From Candidatus Eiseniibacteriota bacterium (lineage in GTDB: Bacteria; Orphanbacterota; Orphanbacteria; Orphanbacterales; Orphanbacteraceae), in contig JBDROZ010000109.1 of the NCBI GenBank assembly GCA_043809585.1, positions 1 to 59,765 of the forward strand: 59,765 bases of DNA. The letters run 5' to 3'. A program made the translations under genes and the position numbers. Shown in pieces: positions 27,867-38,150 of the stretch (the stretch's first letter is position 1; each line of letters begins with the position of its first letter). The notes under the pieces are model-generated. The model did not search any database. It saw only the letters and a program-made list of their open reading frames with translations, and had not been told where the DNA came from.

Positions 27867-28940
27867 CTATTTCTCCGGCGCCCCCGCGAGGGCGGTCTTG
27901 GTGATTTCGCACAAGGCGTCCAGGAAGATCGGGCTCTCGTTCAAGGCGGGCGACCGCTCCATCCGGCCGATGCCCGCCTCCTCGGCGACTTCGGCGAACT
28001 CGATGTCGATCTCGTGGAGGGTCTCGATATGGTCGGAGACGAAGGAGAGGGGAACGACGAGCACGTTTCTCACCCCCTGCCTGCCGAGCTCCGCGAGCAC
28101 TTCGTCCGTCCCCGGCCCGGTCCACTCGATCGGGCCGACCCGGCTCTGCCAGGCGAGGCGGTGCCTCCCGATCTCCCCCGCGAGCTCGCCGGCGAGGCCG
28201 ATCACGGTCTCCTTGACCTGCGCCACGTACGGGTCCCCCGACTCGGCGATCCGGATCGGCACGGCGTGGGCGGAGAAGAGCACGAGCAGATCCTTCCGCT
28301 TCCTCTCGTCGAACCTGGCGAGCCCCTCCCGGACGCGCTCCGCCATGGCGCGGAGGTAGATCGGGTGGTCGTGGTAGGAGCGGACGACGACCCGCTCCGG
28401 CGCATCCGCCATTCCGGCCGCCGCCTTCTCGAGGTCGATCAGGCTCGACCCGGTGGTGGCCATGCACTCCTGGGGGTAGAGGGGGAGCACCACGGCCCGC
28501 CGGCATCCCTTCCACGCGAGGTGGCGGAGGGCCGCCCTGGCCCCCGGCTCCGAGTAGCGCATGCACGCCGCGGTGACGAAGGGCCCGTCCGAGAGCCCCT
28601 CCGGGAGGCCGGGATGATCGACGTCGAAATTCAGGATCGCCGCCTTCTCCTCCTCCGTGGGGTCCGCCGGAGCTGTCCCGCTGAGGCGCCGCTCGAGACC
28701 GAGGGCCTGCACCCGGGACCAGTAGAGGAGGGGGGAGCCGCCGCCGATCTCGCCGTAACGTTTCCTCACCGCCGGCGCGCGGAACGTGGAGAGCATCCAC
28801 GACCAGAAACCCTGGAGCGCCGGGCCGCCGGGGAAGGGGATGATGTCCCGGTCGCGGAAGAGGGAACGGAGGAACGGCTTCACGCGGTCGAGAGACCATG
28901 GACCGCCGAGGTTGAGGAGGACGATTCCCGTTCGTTCCAT
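27867..28940 (-). CDS. hemH: Ferrochelatase
   Basis: LLNLGGP, GGGSPL, PLYPQ, FSAH, WQSRVGP..W, FVSDHIETLHEID. Confidence 0.95.
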   Translation of the reverse strand: MERTGIVLLNLGGPWSLDRVKPFLRSLFRDRDIIPFPGGPALQGFWSWMLSTFRAPAVRKRYGEIGGGSPLLYWSRVQALGLERRLSGTAPADPTEEEKAAILNFDVDHPGLPEGLSDGPFVTAACMRYSEPGARAALRHLAWKGCRRAVVLPLYPQECMATTGSSLIDLEKAAAGMADAPERVVVRSYHDHPIYLRAMAERVREGLARFDERKRKDLLVLFSAHAVPIRIAESGDPYVAQVKETVIGLAGELAGEIGRHRLAWQSRVGPIEWTGPGTDEVLAELGRQGVRNVLVVPLSFVSDHIETLHEIDIEFAEVAEEAGIGRMERSPALNESPIFLDALCEITKTALAGAPEK

Positions 28941-28953
28941 CGGGGCCCGCCGC

Positions 28954-30372
28954 CTACACGGTTCGCGAGAAGACCGGCCGGCCGTCCCGCTTCTTCCGCA
29001 TGTAGGGATCGAAGATCATGCAGACGTTGCGAATGAAGAGGCGCCCGAGCGGATTCACCTGAACGCCCTCCTCGCTCACGTCCACGAAACCCTGGTCCTT
29101 CGCCCCGTCCGGTTCCGCCAGCTCGGCCATCTCCTTCTCGAAGTACCTCGAAAAATCGATGCCGAATGCCTCGGACACGTCCTTCGCCATCACGCCGAAG
29201 TTGCACATGAGTTCCATGATCACCTTCGCCCGGATCCGGTCGTCCTCGGAGAGCACGTAGCCTTTCTCGATCGGGAACCGGCCCTTCTCGATCGCCTCGT
29301 AGTAACGGACCAGCTTCTTCTCGTTCTGGGCGAAAGCCCCCGACACGGACCCGATCGACGAGACGCCGAGGCCGAGGAAGTCGGGCGCCTTGTGCACGGT
29401 GTAGCCCATGAAGTTCCGGAAGAGGGTCTTGTTCGTCGCGGCCCGGCCCATCTCGTCCTCGGGAAGGGCGAAATGGTCCATGCCGATCTGGAGGTAACCC
29501 GCGGCGAGGAAAGAGCGGATCGCCTCGGCGAAAAGCCCGAACTTCACGTCCCGCCCCGGCAGGTGCTCTTCCATCAGCTTCCGCTGGTTCCCCCGGATCC
29601 ACGGCACGAAGGCGAAGGAATAGACCGCGACACGCTCCGGGCGCATGGCGATCGTCGTCGCCAGCGTCCGCCCGAACGACTCGATCGTCTGGCGGGGGAG
29701 GCCGTAGATCAGGTCGATGTTGACCGAACCGAACCCGAGCTCCCGGGCTTTGTCGACGATGCGCCGCGTCTCTTCCACGGACTGAACCCGATTCACCGCC
29801 TCCTGCACCTCGCGCGTGAAATCCTGGACGCCGAGGGAGATCCGGTTGAAGCCGAGAGAGCGGAGGAGCTTCAATTGATCTTCCGTCGTGACCCTCGGGT
29901 CCACCTCGATCGCCACTTCCGCGCCGCCCGATATGCGAAAGTGCTCCGAGACCTTCTTCTGAAGCGCCTCGATCTGGTCGAGATCGAGATAGGTCGGCGT
30001 GCCCCCTCCCCAGTGGTACTGGAGGAGTTCCCGGCGATTCGGGAGGGCCGCCGCGAGAAGCTCGATCTCCCGGTGGAGATGCTCGAGGTAGAGGTCCGCG
30101 ACCCGCCGCTTCCGGGTGATGGTCACGTTGCACCCGCAGAAGGAGCACCGCTCCTCGCAGAAGGGGATGTGAACGTAGAGGGAGATCGGACCCCCCTTGG
30201 CGTTCGCGGCGTCCAATCGCTCCCGGTAGTCGCTCTCGGTGAACCCGTCGTGGAACTCGACCGCCGTCGGGTACGACGTGTACCGGGGCCCCGGCCTGTC
30301 GTGCTTCGCGAGAAGCTCGGGCGTCACCCGCCCCAGAAACTCCGCGCCGTTCCCCTTCTCCCTCTCCGTCAT
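28954..30372 (-). CDS. hemN: Oxygen-independent coproporphyrinogen III oxidase (radical SAM)
   Basis: GPRYTSYPTA, YVHIPFCEERCSFCGC, GGGTPT, IGMDHFA, RNFMGY. Start ATG overlaps the hemE stop. Confidence 0.95.
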   Translation of the reverse strand: MTEREKGNGAEFLGRVTPELLAKHDRPGPRYTSYPTAVEFHDGFTESDYRERLDAANAKGGPISLYVHIPFCEERCSFCGCNVTITRKRRVADLYLEHLHREIELLAAALPNRRELLQYHWGGGTPTYLDLDQIEALQKKVSEHFRISGGAEVAIEVDPRVTTEDQLKLLRSLGFNRISLGVQDFTREVQEAVNRVQSVEETRRIVDKARELGFGSVNIDLIYGLPRQTIESFGRTLATTIAMRPERVAVYSFAFVPWIRGNQRKLMEEHLPGRDVKFGLFAEAIRSFLAAGYLQIGMDHFALPEDEMGRAATNKTLFRNFMGYTVHKAPDFLGLGVSSIGSVSGAFAQNEKKLVRYYEAIEKGRFPIEKGYVLSEDDRIRAKVIMELMCNFGVMAKDVSEAFGIDFSRYFEKEMAELAEPDGAKDQGFVDVSEEGVQVNPLGRLFIRNVCMIFDPYMRKKRDGRPVFSRTV

Positions 30373-31415
30373 CGTCCCGCCTCCTCCTTCGCGCCGTCCC
30401 TCCGGGAGAGCCGCTTCACCGCCTCCACGAGGAAGAGGGCGTTTTCCGGCGGCGTGTGGGGGAGTATGCCGTGGCCGAGGTTGAACACGTGGCCCCGGTC
30501 CTTCGGCGCCTCGGCGAGCACCCGCCGGACGCCCCGCTCGATCACGTCCCTCGACGCGGAGAGCATCGTGTTGTCCAGGTTCCCCTGGAGCGCCGGCCCC
30601 GGCCCGATCCGCTCCGCGGCCAGATTCAGGGGCGTCTTCTCGTCGATGCCGAAGACGTCGGCGCCGGTCCTTTTCAAGAGATCGTAGACGTGGGCGCCGT
30701 CCCGGTTGAAGTAGATGATCGGGACGCCGGTCCGCCGGATCCCGTCGACGAGACGCTTCACCGCGGGGAGCGCGAACCGCTCGTACACGTCCCGGGGGAG
30801 GAGTCCTCCCCAGCTGTCGAAGATCTGGATCGCTTCCGCGCCGGCTTCGATCTGGGCGCCGAGGAAGAGCGTCTGCGTTTCGACCAGTTTGTCGAAGAGC
30901 TTCTCCGCGGTCTTCGGATGTTCGTAGAGGAAGGCCCGGAACGCATGGAACTTTCCCCCCCCCCCTTCGATCATGTACGCCGCGAGGGTCGCCGGCGCCC
31001 CGCCGAAACCGATGAGCGGCACCCGCCCGGCGAGCTCCTTCCGGAGGAGGCGGATCGCGTCCAGGACGTACCCGAGGTCCTTCTCCACGTCCGGCGGCCC
31101 GAGGGAGTCCACCTTTGCGGCGGTCCGGACCGGATTCGCGATCGCCGGCGCCGGCCGGAACTCGACTTCGCATCCCATGGGGGGGAGGGGGACGAGGATG
31201 TCGGAGAAGAGGATCGCCGCGTCGACGCCGAGCCGGTCGATCGGCTGGATCGTCACCTTCGCGGCGAGCTCCGGCGTCCGGCAGACGGTCCAGAAGTCGT
31301 GCTCCGCCCGAACCGCGCGGTACTCGGGGAGGTAGCGCCCGGCCTGGCGCATGATCCAGACGGGTGTGCGCTCGACCGGTTTCCCGAAACAGGCCCGCAA
31401 AAAGAGATCGTTCAC
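30369..31415 (-). CDS. hemE: Uroporphyrinogen decarboxylase
   Basis: PVWIMRQAGRYLPEY, FSDIL, QIFDSW, FNLGHGI; GTG start. Confidence 0.95.
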   Translation of the reverse strand: MNDLFLRACFGKPVERTPVWIMRQAGRYLPEYRAVRAEHDFWTVCRTPELAAKVTIQPIDRLGVDAAILFSDILVPLPPMGCEVEFRPAPAIANPVRTAAKVDSLGPPDVEKDLGYVLDAIRLLRKELAGRVPLIGFGGAPATLAAYMIEGGGGKFHAFRAFLYEHPKTAEKLFDKLVETQTLFLGAQIEAGAEAIQIFDSWGGLLPRDVYERFALPAVKRLVDGIRRTGVPIIYFNRDGAHVYDLLKRTGADVFGIDEKTPLNLAAERIGPGPALQGNLDNTMLSASRDVIERGVRRVLAEAPKDRGHVFNLGHGILPHTPPENALFLVEAVKRLSRRDGAKEEAGR

Positions 31416-31438
31416 GTCCGCTCTCCCCCTCCGTTCGC

Positions 31439-32755
31439 TTACGTCGCGGCCGCTTCGGCGAATGCTTCTCTCGCCGCCGCCCCGGTGGTCCGGAGGTCCT
31501 CCTCGGTGTGGGCCGTCGAGACGAAGAGCGCCTCGAAGGGGGAAGGGGCGATCCACACGCCCCGCCGGAGGAGTCCCTGGAAGAAGACGACGAATCGCTC
31601 CCGGTTCGACAGGGAAGCCTCCCCCCAAGACCGGACCGGTCCGGGATGGAAGAAGAGGCCGAGCATGCTGCCGACCCGGTGGAGGGTGACCTCCACGCCC
31701 GCCTCCTTCGCCGCCGAGCGGAGTTCCCCTTCGAGGAAGGCGCCCTTCTTTTCGAGATCGTCGTAGAGGCCGGGCGCGGTCCGCAGTTTTCGGAGCGTGG
31801 CGACGCCCGCCGCCACGGCGAGCGGGTTCCCCGAGAGGGTGCCCGCTTGATAGACCGGGCCGTCGGGCGAGATCATCTTCATGAGATCCGCCCGTCCGCC
31901 GTAGAGACCTACCGGGAGGCCGCCGCCGATGATCTTCCCGAGGGTGGTCAGGTCGGGAGTGACGCCGTACCGCTCCTGGGCGCCGCCGGGGCCGACCCGG
32001 AAGCCGGTGATGATCTCGTCGAAGACGAGGAGCGTCCCGCGCGCGCCGCAGACTTCGCGGAGTCCCTCGAGAAAACCGTCGACGGGGGGGATGCACCCCA
32101 TGTTCCCCGCCACGGGCTCGACGATCACCGCGGCGATCTCCTTCCCCGCCTTCGCGAAGACCTCTTTCACGGCGGCAAGATCGTTGTACGGCGCGAGGAG
32201 AGTGTTCGACGCCGTCTCGGGAGTCACGCCGGGCGAGTCGGGCTGCCCAAACGTCGCGAGGCCGGAGCCCGCCTTGATCAGGAACGAGTCGGCGTGGCCG
32301 TGGTAGTTCCCCTCGAACTTGAGGATCTTGGAGCGCTTCGTGAAGGCCCGGGCGAGGCGGACGGCGCTCATGGTCGCCTCCGTGCCGGAGCTCACGAGGC
32401 GCATCATCTCGACCGACGGGACGAGGGCGCGCACCTCTTCGGCGAGGGCCACTTCCCCCGCGTGGGGCGCTCCGTACGACGAGCCCCTGCCCGCCGCCTC
32501 CCGCACGGCGGCGGTGACGTCCGGATCCGCGTGTCCGAGAATCATGGGGCCCCACGACATGACGTGGTCCACGTACCTGTTCCCGTCCACATCCCAGAGG
32601 TACGCCCCTTCGGCGCGCTCCACGAAGAAGGGCTCGCCGCCGACGGCGCGGAACGCACGGACCGGCGAGTTCACGCCTCCCGGCAGGAAGGCCTTCGCCT
32701 TTTCGAACAGTTCGCGGCTCTTCGGTCCCGGCCGCCATACCGGTGTGCTGCTCAA
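31439..32755 (-). CDS. hemL: Glutamate-1-semialdehyde 2,1-aminomutase
   Basis: [48 protein letters not shown] start overlaps the hemB stop. Confidence 0.95.
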   Translation of the reverse strand: MSSTPVWRPGPKSRELFEKAKAFLPGGVNSPVRAFRAVGGEPFFVERAEGAYLWDVDGNRYVDHVMSWGPMILGHADPDVTAAVREAAGRGSSYGAPHAGEVALAEEVRALVPSVEMMRLVSSGTEATMSAVRLARAFTKRSKILKFEGNYHGHADSFLIKAGSGLATFGQPDSPGVTPETASNTLLAPYNDLAAVKEVFAKAGKEIAAVIVEPVAGNMGCIPPVDGFLEGLREVCGARGTLLVFDEIITGFRVGPGGAQERYGVTPDLTTLGKIIGGGLPVGLYGGRADLMKMISPDGPVYQAGTLSGNPLAVAAGVATLRKLRTAPGLYDDLEKKGAFLEGELRSAAKEAGVEVTLHRVGSMLGLFFHPGPVRSWGEASLSNRERFVVFFQGLLRRGVWIAPSPFEALFVSTAHTEEDLRTTGAAAREAFAEAAAT

Positions 32756-33735
32756 AACCGGACCTCCTTCAAGATGCGCGCCGCGTCCTTCGCGAAGTAA
32801 GTGAGGATGATGTCCGCCCCCGCCCGCCGGATGGAGATCAGGGTCTCGGCGATGATCCGGTCCTCGTCGACCCAACCTCTCTCGGCCGCCGCCTTGATCA
32901 GCGAATACTCGCCGGAGACATTGTACGCCGCCACGGGGACCGCGAACTGCTCCTTCACCCGGCGGATGATGTCGAGATAGGGAAGGGCGGGCTTCACCAT
33001 CACCACGTCCGCCCCCTCGTCGAGATCGAGGGCGACCTCACGGATCGCCTCTTCCGCGTTGCGGGGGTCCATCTGGTAGCCCCGGCGGTCGCCGAACCGG
33101 GGGGCCGATTCCGCCGCCTCCCGGAAGGGTCCGTAGTAGGCGGAGGCGTACTTCGCCGCATAGGAGACGATCGGCGTCGCCGTGAAACCGGTATCGTCGA
33201 GGGCGGCCCGGATCGCGCCGACCCGCCCGTCCATCATGTCCGAGGGGGCGACGACGTCGGCACCGGCCTCCGCGTAGGCGACCGCCGCGCGGGCGAGGAG
33301 GGGGAGGGTGGAGTCGTTGTCCACGTCGCCGTTCCGGATGACGCCGCAGTGCCCGTGATCGGTGTACTCGCAGAGGCAGACGTCCGCCCAAACCTGCAGG
33401 CCCGGGATCTTCCCCTTCAAGGCCCGGATCGCGACCGGCACGATCCCCTCCGGGTCGTACCCCTCGCTCCCCACCGGGTCCTTCTTCTCCGGGATGCCGA
33501 AGAGGATGACGCCGCCGACGCCCTTCCCGTAGGCGTCCGCCGCCTCCTCCACGAGGAGGTCCACCGAGAGCTGGTCGCAGCCGGGCATGGAGGGAATCGG
33601 GTTCCGGACGCCCGAGCCGTGCACGGCGAAGAGGGGGTAGATCAGTCGTTCCGGGCCGAGTTCGGTCTCCCGGATCATCCGTCGCATCGCGGCGCTTTGC
33701 CGGAGACGGCGGGGTCTGTTGTCGGGAAAACTCAT
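32752..33735 (-). CDS. hemB: Porphobilinogen synthase (Zn-type, Cys-rich site)
   Basis: [40 protein letters not shown]. Confidence 0.96.
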   Translation of the reverse strand: MSFPDNRPRRLRQSAAMRRMIRETELGPERLIYPLFAVHGSGVRNPIPSMPGCDQLSVDLLVEEAADAYGKGVGGVILFGIPEKKDPVGSEGYDPEGIVPVAIRALKGKIPGLQVWADVCLCEYTDHGHCGVIRNGDVDNDSTLPLLARAAVAYAEAGADVVAPSDMMDGRVGAIRAALDDTGFTATPIVSYAAKYASAYYGPFREAAESAPRFGDRRGYQMDPRNAEEAIREVALDLDEGADVVMVKPALPYLDIIRRVKEQFAVPVAAYNVSGEYSLIKAAAERGWVDEDRIIAETLISIRRAGADIILTYFAKDAARILKEVRF

Positions 33736-34538
33736 GGTTCGTTCCTTTTCGATCGGGCGCGAGTCCGCCACGCCTCCGTCAATGCCTCGAGAAGCCCCGA
33801 GTCGTCCGGCCGGTCCGCCTCGGCGATGCGGGTGAAACCCGCCTCCCGGAGGGCCGCCCCCGTGGTCGGACCGATGCCGACGGCGATCCAATCATCGAAT
33901 AACGCGCTCTTCTCCCCCCGGGCGATCCCGGCGAAATACGCCACCGCCGAGGGGCTCGCGAAGACCGCCGCGTTTCCCTCCCTCAGCCGGCCTTGAAGGG
34001 CCGCCCGTTCCGGGCCGCCGGGCGGGAGGGTCCGGTACGCCTCGAAGGAGAGGACCACGCAACCCGCTTCCTCGAGGAGCCGGCGAAGATCGTCCGACGC
34101 CAGGTTCGACCGGGGGTGGAGGATCTTCGTCCCGGCGGCCCCGGCCCCGATCATGGCCGCGGCGAGGGCCGCCGCGCCCTTCCCCCCGGAGACCAGGTCC
34201 GCGCGCCGGCCGAGGTCCCTCACGCACCGCTCCGTCGATACGCCGACCACGGCGATCTTCGGGAGGCTCCCCTCCTCGGGGATCCCCTCCAGGAGGGCCC
34301 GCGCCGCGTGCCGGCTCGTGAGGGCCACCCAGTCGAAAGAGCCGAGGTTCCGCCTCGCCTCCTCCAGGGGGCCCGGATCTTCGGGGCCCTCGATGCGGAG
34401 GAGAGGGACCGAGTACGCTTCCCCGCCGAGTCCCTCGACGGCCGCCGCGAGGTCCGCGCCATCCTCCCACGGACGGGTGATCAGGACCCGCGCCCCGCGG
34501 AGGGGCCGGTCGTCCGCCGAGGGACCGGGCTCAACCAT
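33732..34538 (-). CDS. hemD: Uroporphyrinogen-III synthase
   Basis: [32 protein letters not shown]. Confidence 0.9.
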   Translation of the reverse strand: MVEPGPSADDRPLRGARVLITRPWEDGADLAAAVEGLGGEAYSVPLLRIEGPEDPGPLEEARRNLGSFDWVALTSRHAARALLEGIPEEGSLPKIAVVGVSTERCVRDLGRRADLVSGGKGAAALAAAMIGAGAAGTKILHPRSNLASDDLRRLLEEAGCVVLSFEAYRTLPPGGPERAALQGRLREGNAAVFASPSAVAYFAGIARGEKSALFDDWIAVGIGPTTGAALREAGFTRIAEADRPDDSGLLEALTEAWRTRARSKRNEP

Positions 34539-35499
34539 CGCCGAAGTCCCCCCTCAGCACTTTCCGGAGGATCTCCGTCGCGCCCCGTTCCGCGAGGACC
34601 TCCGCGAGCCGCCGGCCCGTCTCGACCGGGTCCTCCCCTTCGACCTTCTCCCGGAGGACGGTGACGCCGTCCGGCCCGCCGACGAATCCCTCGAGATCGA
34701 CGGCTCCGTCCCGGATCGTCGCGAGGGCGCCCACCGGAACGTGACACCATCCGCCGAGGGCCTCGAGAAACTCCCTCTCCGCCGTGACCCGCCGGTCCGT
34801 CTCCTCGTGGTGAAGAGGCCGGAGGAGATCGGCGGCGCCGCGGTCGTCGGAACGGATCTCCACCGCCACCGCCCCCTGGGCGGGCGCGGGGAGCACCGTT
34901 TCGACCGGAAGGACTTCGGAGACCAGGTGGTCCAGGCCGAGCCGCCGGAGCCCCGCGTAGGCGAGCACCGTGGCGTCGAAAGCCGGTTCCGGCGCCGTCT
35001 CCCCCTTCTCCGCCGCGATGCCCACGGCCCGGAGGCGGGTGGGCACGTTCCCCCGGAGATCGGAGGTCCGGAGGTCCGGCCGGAGGTGGAGGATCTGCGA
35101 TCGCCGCCGGAGGCTCGACGTGCCGAGAGCGCCCCCTTCGGGAAGCTCGGCGAGCGTCCTCCCGCCGTGGGAGACGAGGGCGTCCCGCGGGTCCTCACGC
35201 TCGAGCACGGCGGCGAGGCGGAGCCCGCCCGGGAAGCGGACCGGGAGGTCCTTCATGCTGTGGACGGCGATGTCGCACCGTTCGTCCAGGAGGGCTTCCT
35301 CGAGTTCTTTCGTGAAGACCCCCTGCCGCGCCATGCCGTGGAGCGCCGTGGTCCGGTCCTTGTCCCCGAGGGTGCGGACCGGGACGACGTCGACCTCGAG
35401 GCCGGGCCACGCCTCCCGGAGGAGACCGGCCACCCACTCCGACTGCCAGAGGGCGAGCCGGCTCCGGCGCGTTCCGATGCGTACCCTTCGATCGGTCAC
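34531..35499 (-). CDS. hemC: Hydroxymethylbilane synthase
   Basis: IGTRRSRLALWQ, FTKELE, VHSMKD, GTSSLRR, RGNVPTRL, PAPAQG. Confidence 0.95.
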   Translation of the reverse strand: MTDRRVRIGTRRSRLALWQSEWVAGLLREAWPGLEVDVVPVRTLGDKDRTTALHGMARQGVFTKELEEALLDERCDIAVHSMKDLPVRFPGGLRLAAVLEREDPRDALVSHGGRTLAELPEGGALGTSSLRRRSQILHLRPDLRTSDLRGNVPTRLRAVGIAAEKGETAPEPAFDATVLAYAGLRRLGLDHLVSEVLPVETVLPAPAQGAVAVEIRSDDRGAADLLRPLHHEETDRRVTAEREFLEALGGWCHVPVGALATIRDGAVDLEGFVGGPDGVTVLREKVEGEDPVETGRRLAEVLAERGATEILRKVLRGDFGDG

Positions 35500-36881
35500 T
35501 TCTTCTCTCCCCGTCCGGAATCCGTGTCGAGCCCGAAGAGCCGGCGCACCCAGATGAGCTTCTCGCTGTTCATCTCCGGGCTCTTCGCGGCCGACCGGAT
35601 CTCCACGGTCGGGTAGTGGAGCAGTTTCTGGATCAGGTCCCGGGTCAGCCGCTCCGCGAGCGCCCGGTCCTCTTCCTTGAATCTCGAGAGGGATCTTTCG
35701 AGCTCCCGCTCGCGGACCTCCTCGAACCGGCTCCGAAGGTCCCTGATGAGCGGTCCCGCCTGCACCCCCGCCCGGTGCCGGAAGAACCCCTCGGCCTCCT
35801 TCATGACGATCTGCTCCACCGCGGGCACTTCCTTCATCCGGCGGTCGAGGTTCTGGTCCACGATGCGGCGGAGATCGTCCATGTCGTTCAGGAAGACGTT
35901 TTCCACCTCCCCCGCCGCGGGGTCCACGTTCCGGGGGAGGGAGATGTCGATGAGAAGGAGCATGCGGGAGGCCCGGGATCTCATCGCCTTCTCCACCTTC
36001 TCCCGCGTGAAGAGGGGCTCCTGGGAGTGGGTGGCGCAGACGACGAAGTCCGCCTCTTTCAAGAATTCGTGCCGCTCCTCGAAGGGAACCACCCGGGCGT
36101 TCACTTCCTCGGCGAGCTCTTCCGCCCGGGCGAGGGTCCGGTTCGCGACGGCGATCCTCTTCGGCCGCCGCTTGTCCAGGTGCTGCGCCACGAGCCGGCC
36201 CGTCTCGCCCGCGCCGACCACGAAGGCGGTGCGGCGCTCGAGATCGCCGAACACCCGCTGGGCGAGATACGCCGCGGCGGAGGCGACGGAGACGACCCCG
36301 GCGCTGATCGCCGTCTCCGTACGGGCCCTCTTGCAGGTCCGGGAGGCGGCGGCGATGAGCTGGGTAAGGTAGCTGCCGGCGGTCCCGGCGCTCCGGGCGA
36401 TGGCGAGGGACGCCTCGATCTGGCCGGCGATCTGGGTCTCGCCGAGCATCATCGAGTCGACGCCGCACGCGACTTGAAGCAGGTGGTCCACGGCGTCCCG
36501 TTCATGCCGGTGCACCACGTGTTCCGGCGACAGGCCGCGCCCCCGGCGGGAAAGACCGAGGAGCCACGCCTCGACCGATGCCGCCGCCGCCGCCGTGTTC
36601 TTCGCCGTGGCGTACACTTCGGTCCGGTTGCACGTGGAGAGGAGCATGACCTCGCGGAGGCCGGCCATCTCCCGGATCGCCGGCAGCGCCTTTCGGACCT
36701 CTTCGGGGGAGAGGGCGATCGACTCGAGAAGGGAGAGAGGCGTGGTCCGGTGGCTCGAACCGACGAACAGAAGGTTGTGGATGTCCTGCCCCCCGCCCTC
36801 CTCCCGCCCGCTCGGATCCGGACTCTCGCGATCGGGGGTCCCCGGCCCTCCCACGGATGCCTCCGGGTGACGGTCGCTCAT
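35496..36881 (-). CDS. hemA: Glutamyl-tRNA reductase
   Basis: LSTCNRTEVY, SMMLGETQIAGQ, VVGAGETG, ANRT, DISLPRNV. Confidence 0.95.
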   Translation of the reverse strand: MSDRHPEASVGGPGTPDRESPDPSGREEGGGQDIHNLLFVGSSHRTTPLSLLESIALSPEEVRKALPAIREMAGLREVMLLSTCNRTEVYATAKNTAAAAASVEAWLLGLSRRGRGLSPEHVVHRHERDAVDHLLQVACGVDSMMLGETQIAGQIEASLAIARSAGTAGSYLTQLIAAASRTCKRARTETAISAGVVSVASAAAYLAQRVFGDLERRTAFVVGAGETGRLVAQHLDKRRPKRIAVANRTLARAEELAEEVNARVVPFEERHEFLKEADFVVCATHSQEPLFTREKVEKAMRSRASRMLLLIDISLPRNVDPAAGEVENVFLNDMDDLRRIVDQNLDRRMKEVPAVEQIVMKEAEGFFRHRAGVQAGPLIRDLRSRFEEVRERELERSLSRFKEEDRALAERLTRDLIQKLLHYPTVEIRSAAKSPEMNSEKLIWVRRLFGLDTDSGRGEKK

Positions 36882-36886
36882 CTCGA

Positions 36887-37711
36887 TCAGCCTCCGAACT
36901 GGTGGAAGGTGACGAGGAGGAGGCGGAGGGAGAGGAACGAGACGATGAGAAGGAGGAAGCCGGTCAGCGAGATCGAGACGACGCGTCGCCCCGCCCAGTG
37001 GAGAAGGTGGTGGCAGACCACCGCGAATCCGTAAACCGCCCACACCACGAGGGTGAGCAGGAACTTCGGATCGGTCCGGAACTCCGGCGCCACCCGGGCG
37101 GCCCAGAGCGCGCCGAAGATCACCGCGAAGGAGAGAAAGACGAACCCCGTTGTGGTCGCCCCCATGGTCATTCGGGCGAGGACGTCGAGGGAGGGGAGGC
37201 GCTCGAAAATCAGACCGAACCGCTTCGCCCGGAGGGCGCGGTAGAAGACCCGGTACATGACGCCGTACACCGCCGACAGGAGGAACGCCGAATAGGCGAG
37301 CGCGATCGACCCGGTGTGGAGGCCGAAGAGAGGGTCCTTGAGAACCGGGTTGATCGAACGGCCCGGACGGATCCAGACCGACGAGATCAGCTGGAAGAGG
37401 AAGATCAGCGGGAGGACGAAGACGCCCATGGACTTGTTCCTGTGGGCCGTCTCGACGATCAGGTAGACCAGGGTGAGCGCGAGGGCGATGACCGTGAAGA
37501 CCTCGAAGATGTTCGCCATCAGGTGGTGCCGGTAGCTCACGCCGAGGAGGATCACGTAGAAGCTCTGGAGAACGGCGATGATCACGAGAAAGGGCGTCGC
37601 CGTCCGGTGGGCGAAGGGATCGCGCCGCACGAAGTAGACGCTGTAGTTCACCCACGCCATGGCGAGGAAGATGGGGAGGACGTGATTCAAGACCGACAGG
37701 ACGTTGTTCAC
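36887..37711 (-). CDS. CcsA/HemX-like cytochrome c assembly family membrane protein
   Basis: About 8 TMs, RLPSLDVL, GALWA, DPK; typical position upstream of hemA. Start at 37711 or 37750. Confidence 0.85.
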   Translation of the reverse strand: MNNVLSVLNHVLPIFLAMAWVNYSVYFVRRDPFAHRTATPFLVIIAVLQSFYVILLGVSYRHHLMANIFEVFTVIALALTLVYLIVETAHRNKSMGVFVLPLIFLFQLISSVWIRPGRSINPVLKDPLFGLHTGSIALAYSAFLLSAVYGVMYRVFYRALRAKRFGLIFERLPSLDVLARMTMGATTTGFVFLSFAVIFGALWAARVAPEFRTDPKFLLTLVVWAVYGFAVVCHHLLHWAGRRVVSISLTGFLLLIVSFLSLRLLLVTFHQFGG

Positions 37712-37790
37712 CGGATCCGTTCGACCGAAGGGGTTCCGTCCGCGGCCCACGCCCCGGGGGGCGGGGGGTGAATGTATGAAAACTCATGCC

Positions 37791-37819
37791 GGAATAGGCG
37801 GATACGGGATTCCTGTCAA
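37791..37819 (-). promoter_or_regulatory. Putative sigma70 promoter of the heme operon
   Basis: Minus strand TTGACA, 17-nt spacer, TATTCC. Confidence 0.45.
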
Positions 37820-38150
37820 CCGGGAGGGGGAGGGGGCGGGGGGGCGCCCGAGGGCGCCCTTTCCCCCTTTCCGCCCCCTTTCGCCCCGGAAGCGGGTTAC
37901 AATCCTTCTGGACCGCCTCCGCGGGGGAAGGCAGAGGGCCTCTCGCCTCTCGTTTCCGCTTCTCGCGACTGAATCCCCCGTGTCCCCCTCGGGCGATCGG
38001 TAGAGCGAGAGGAGCGGCGGGAGTGCGGCACCATTGGAGGAGGGTCGGGGCCCCCGATGGAGCGAAAAAACCTCTGGAGCCCTCTGGGAAGCCGTGGTAA
38101 ATTAAGAGTTTCCCGTGAAAACCGCCCGCGGGGGCGGGTGGAGAGGGCTC

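Noticed and set aside
37750-38110. SRP RNA (ffs) or riboswitch next to ffh
   Set aside because: GC hairpins are present, but the conserved CAGG..GGAA..AGCAG SRP motif was not found.
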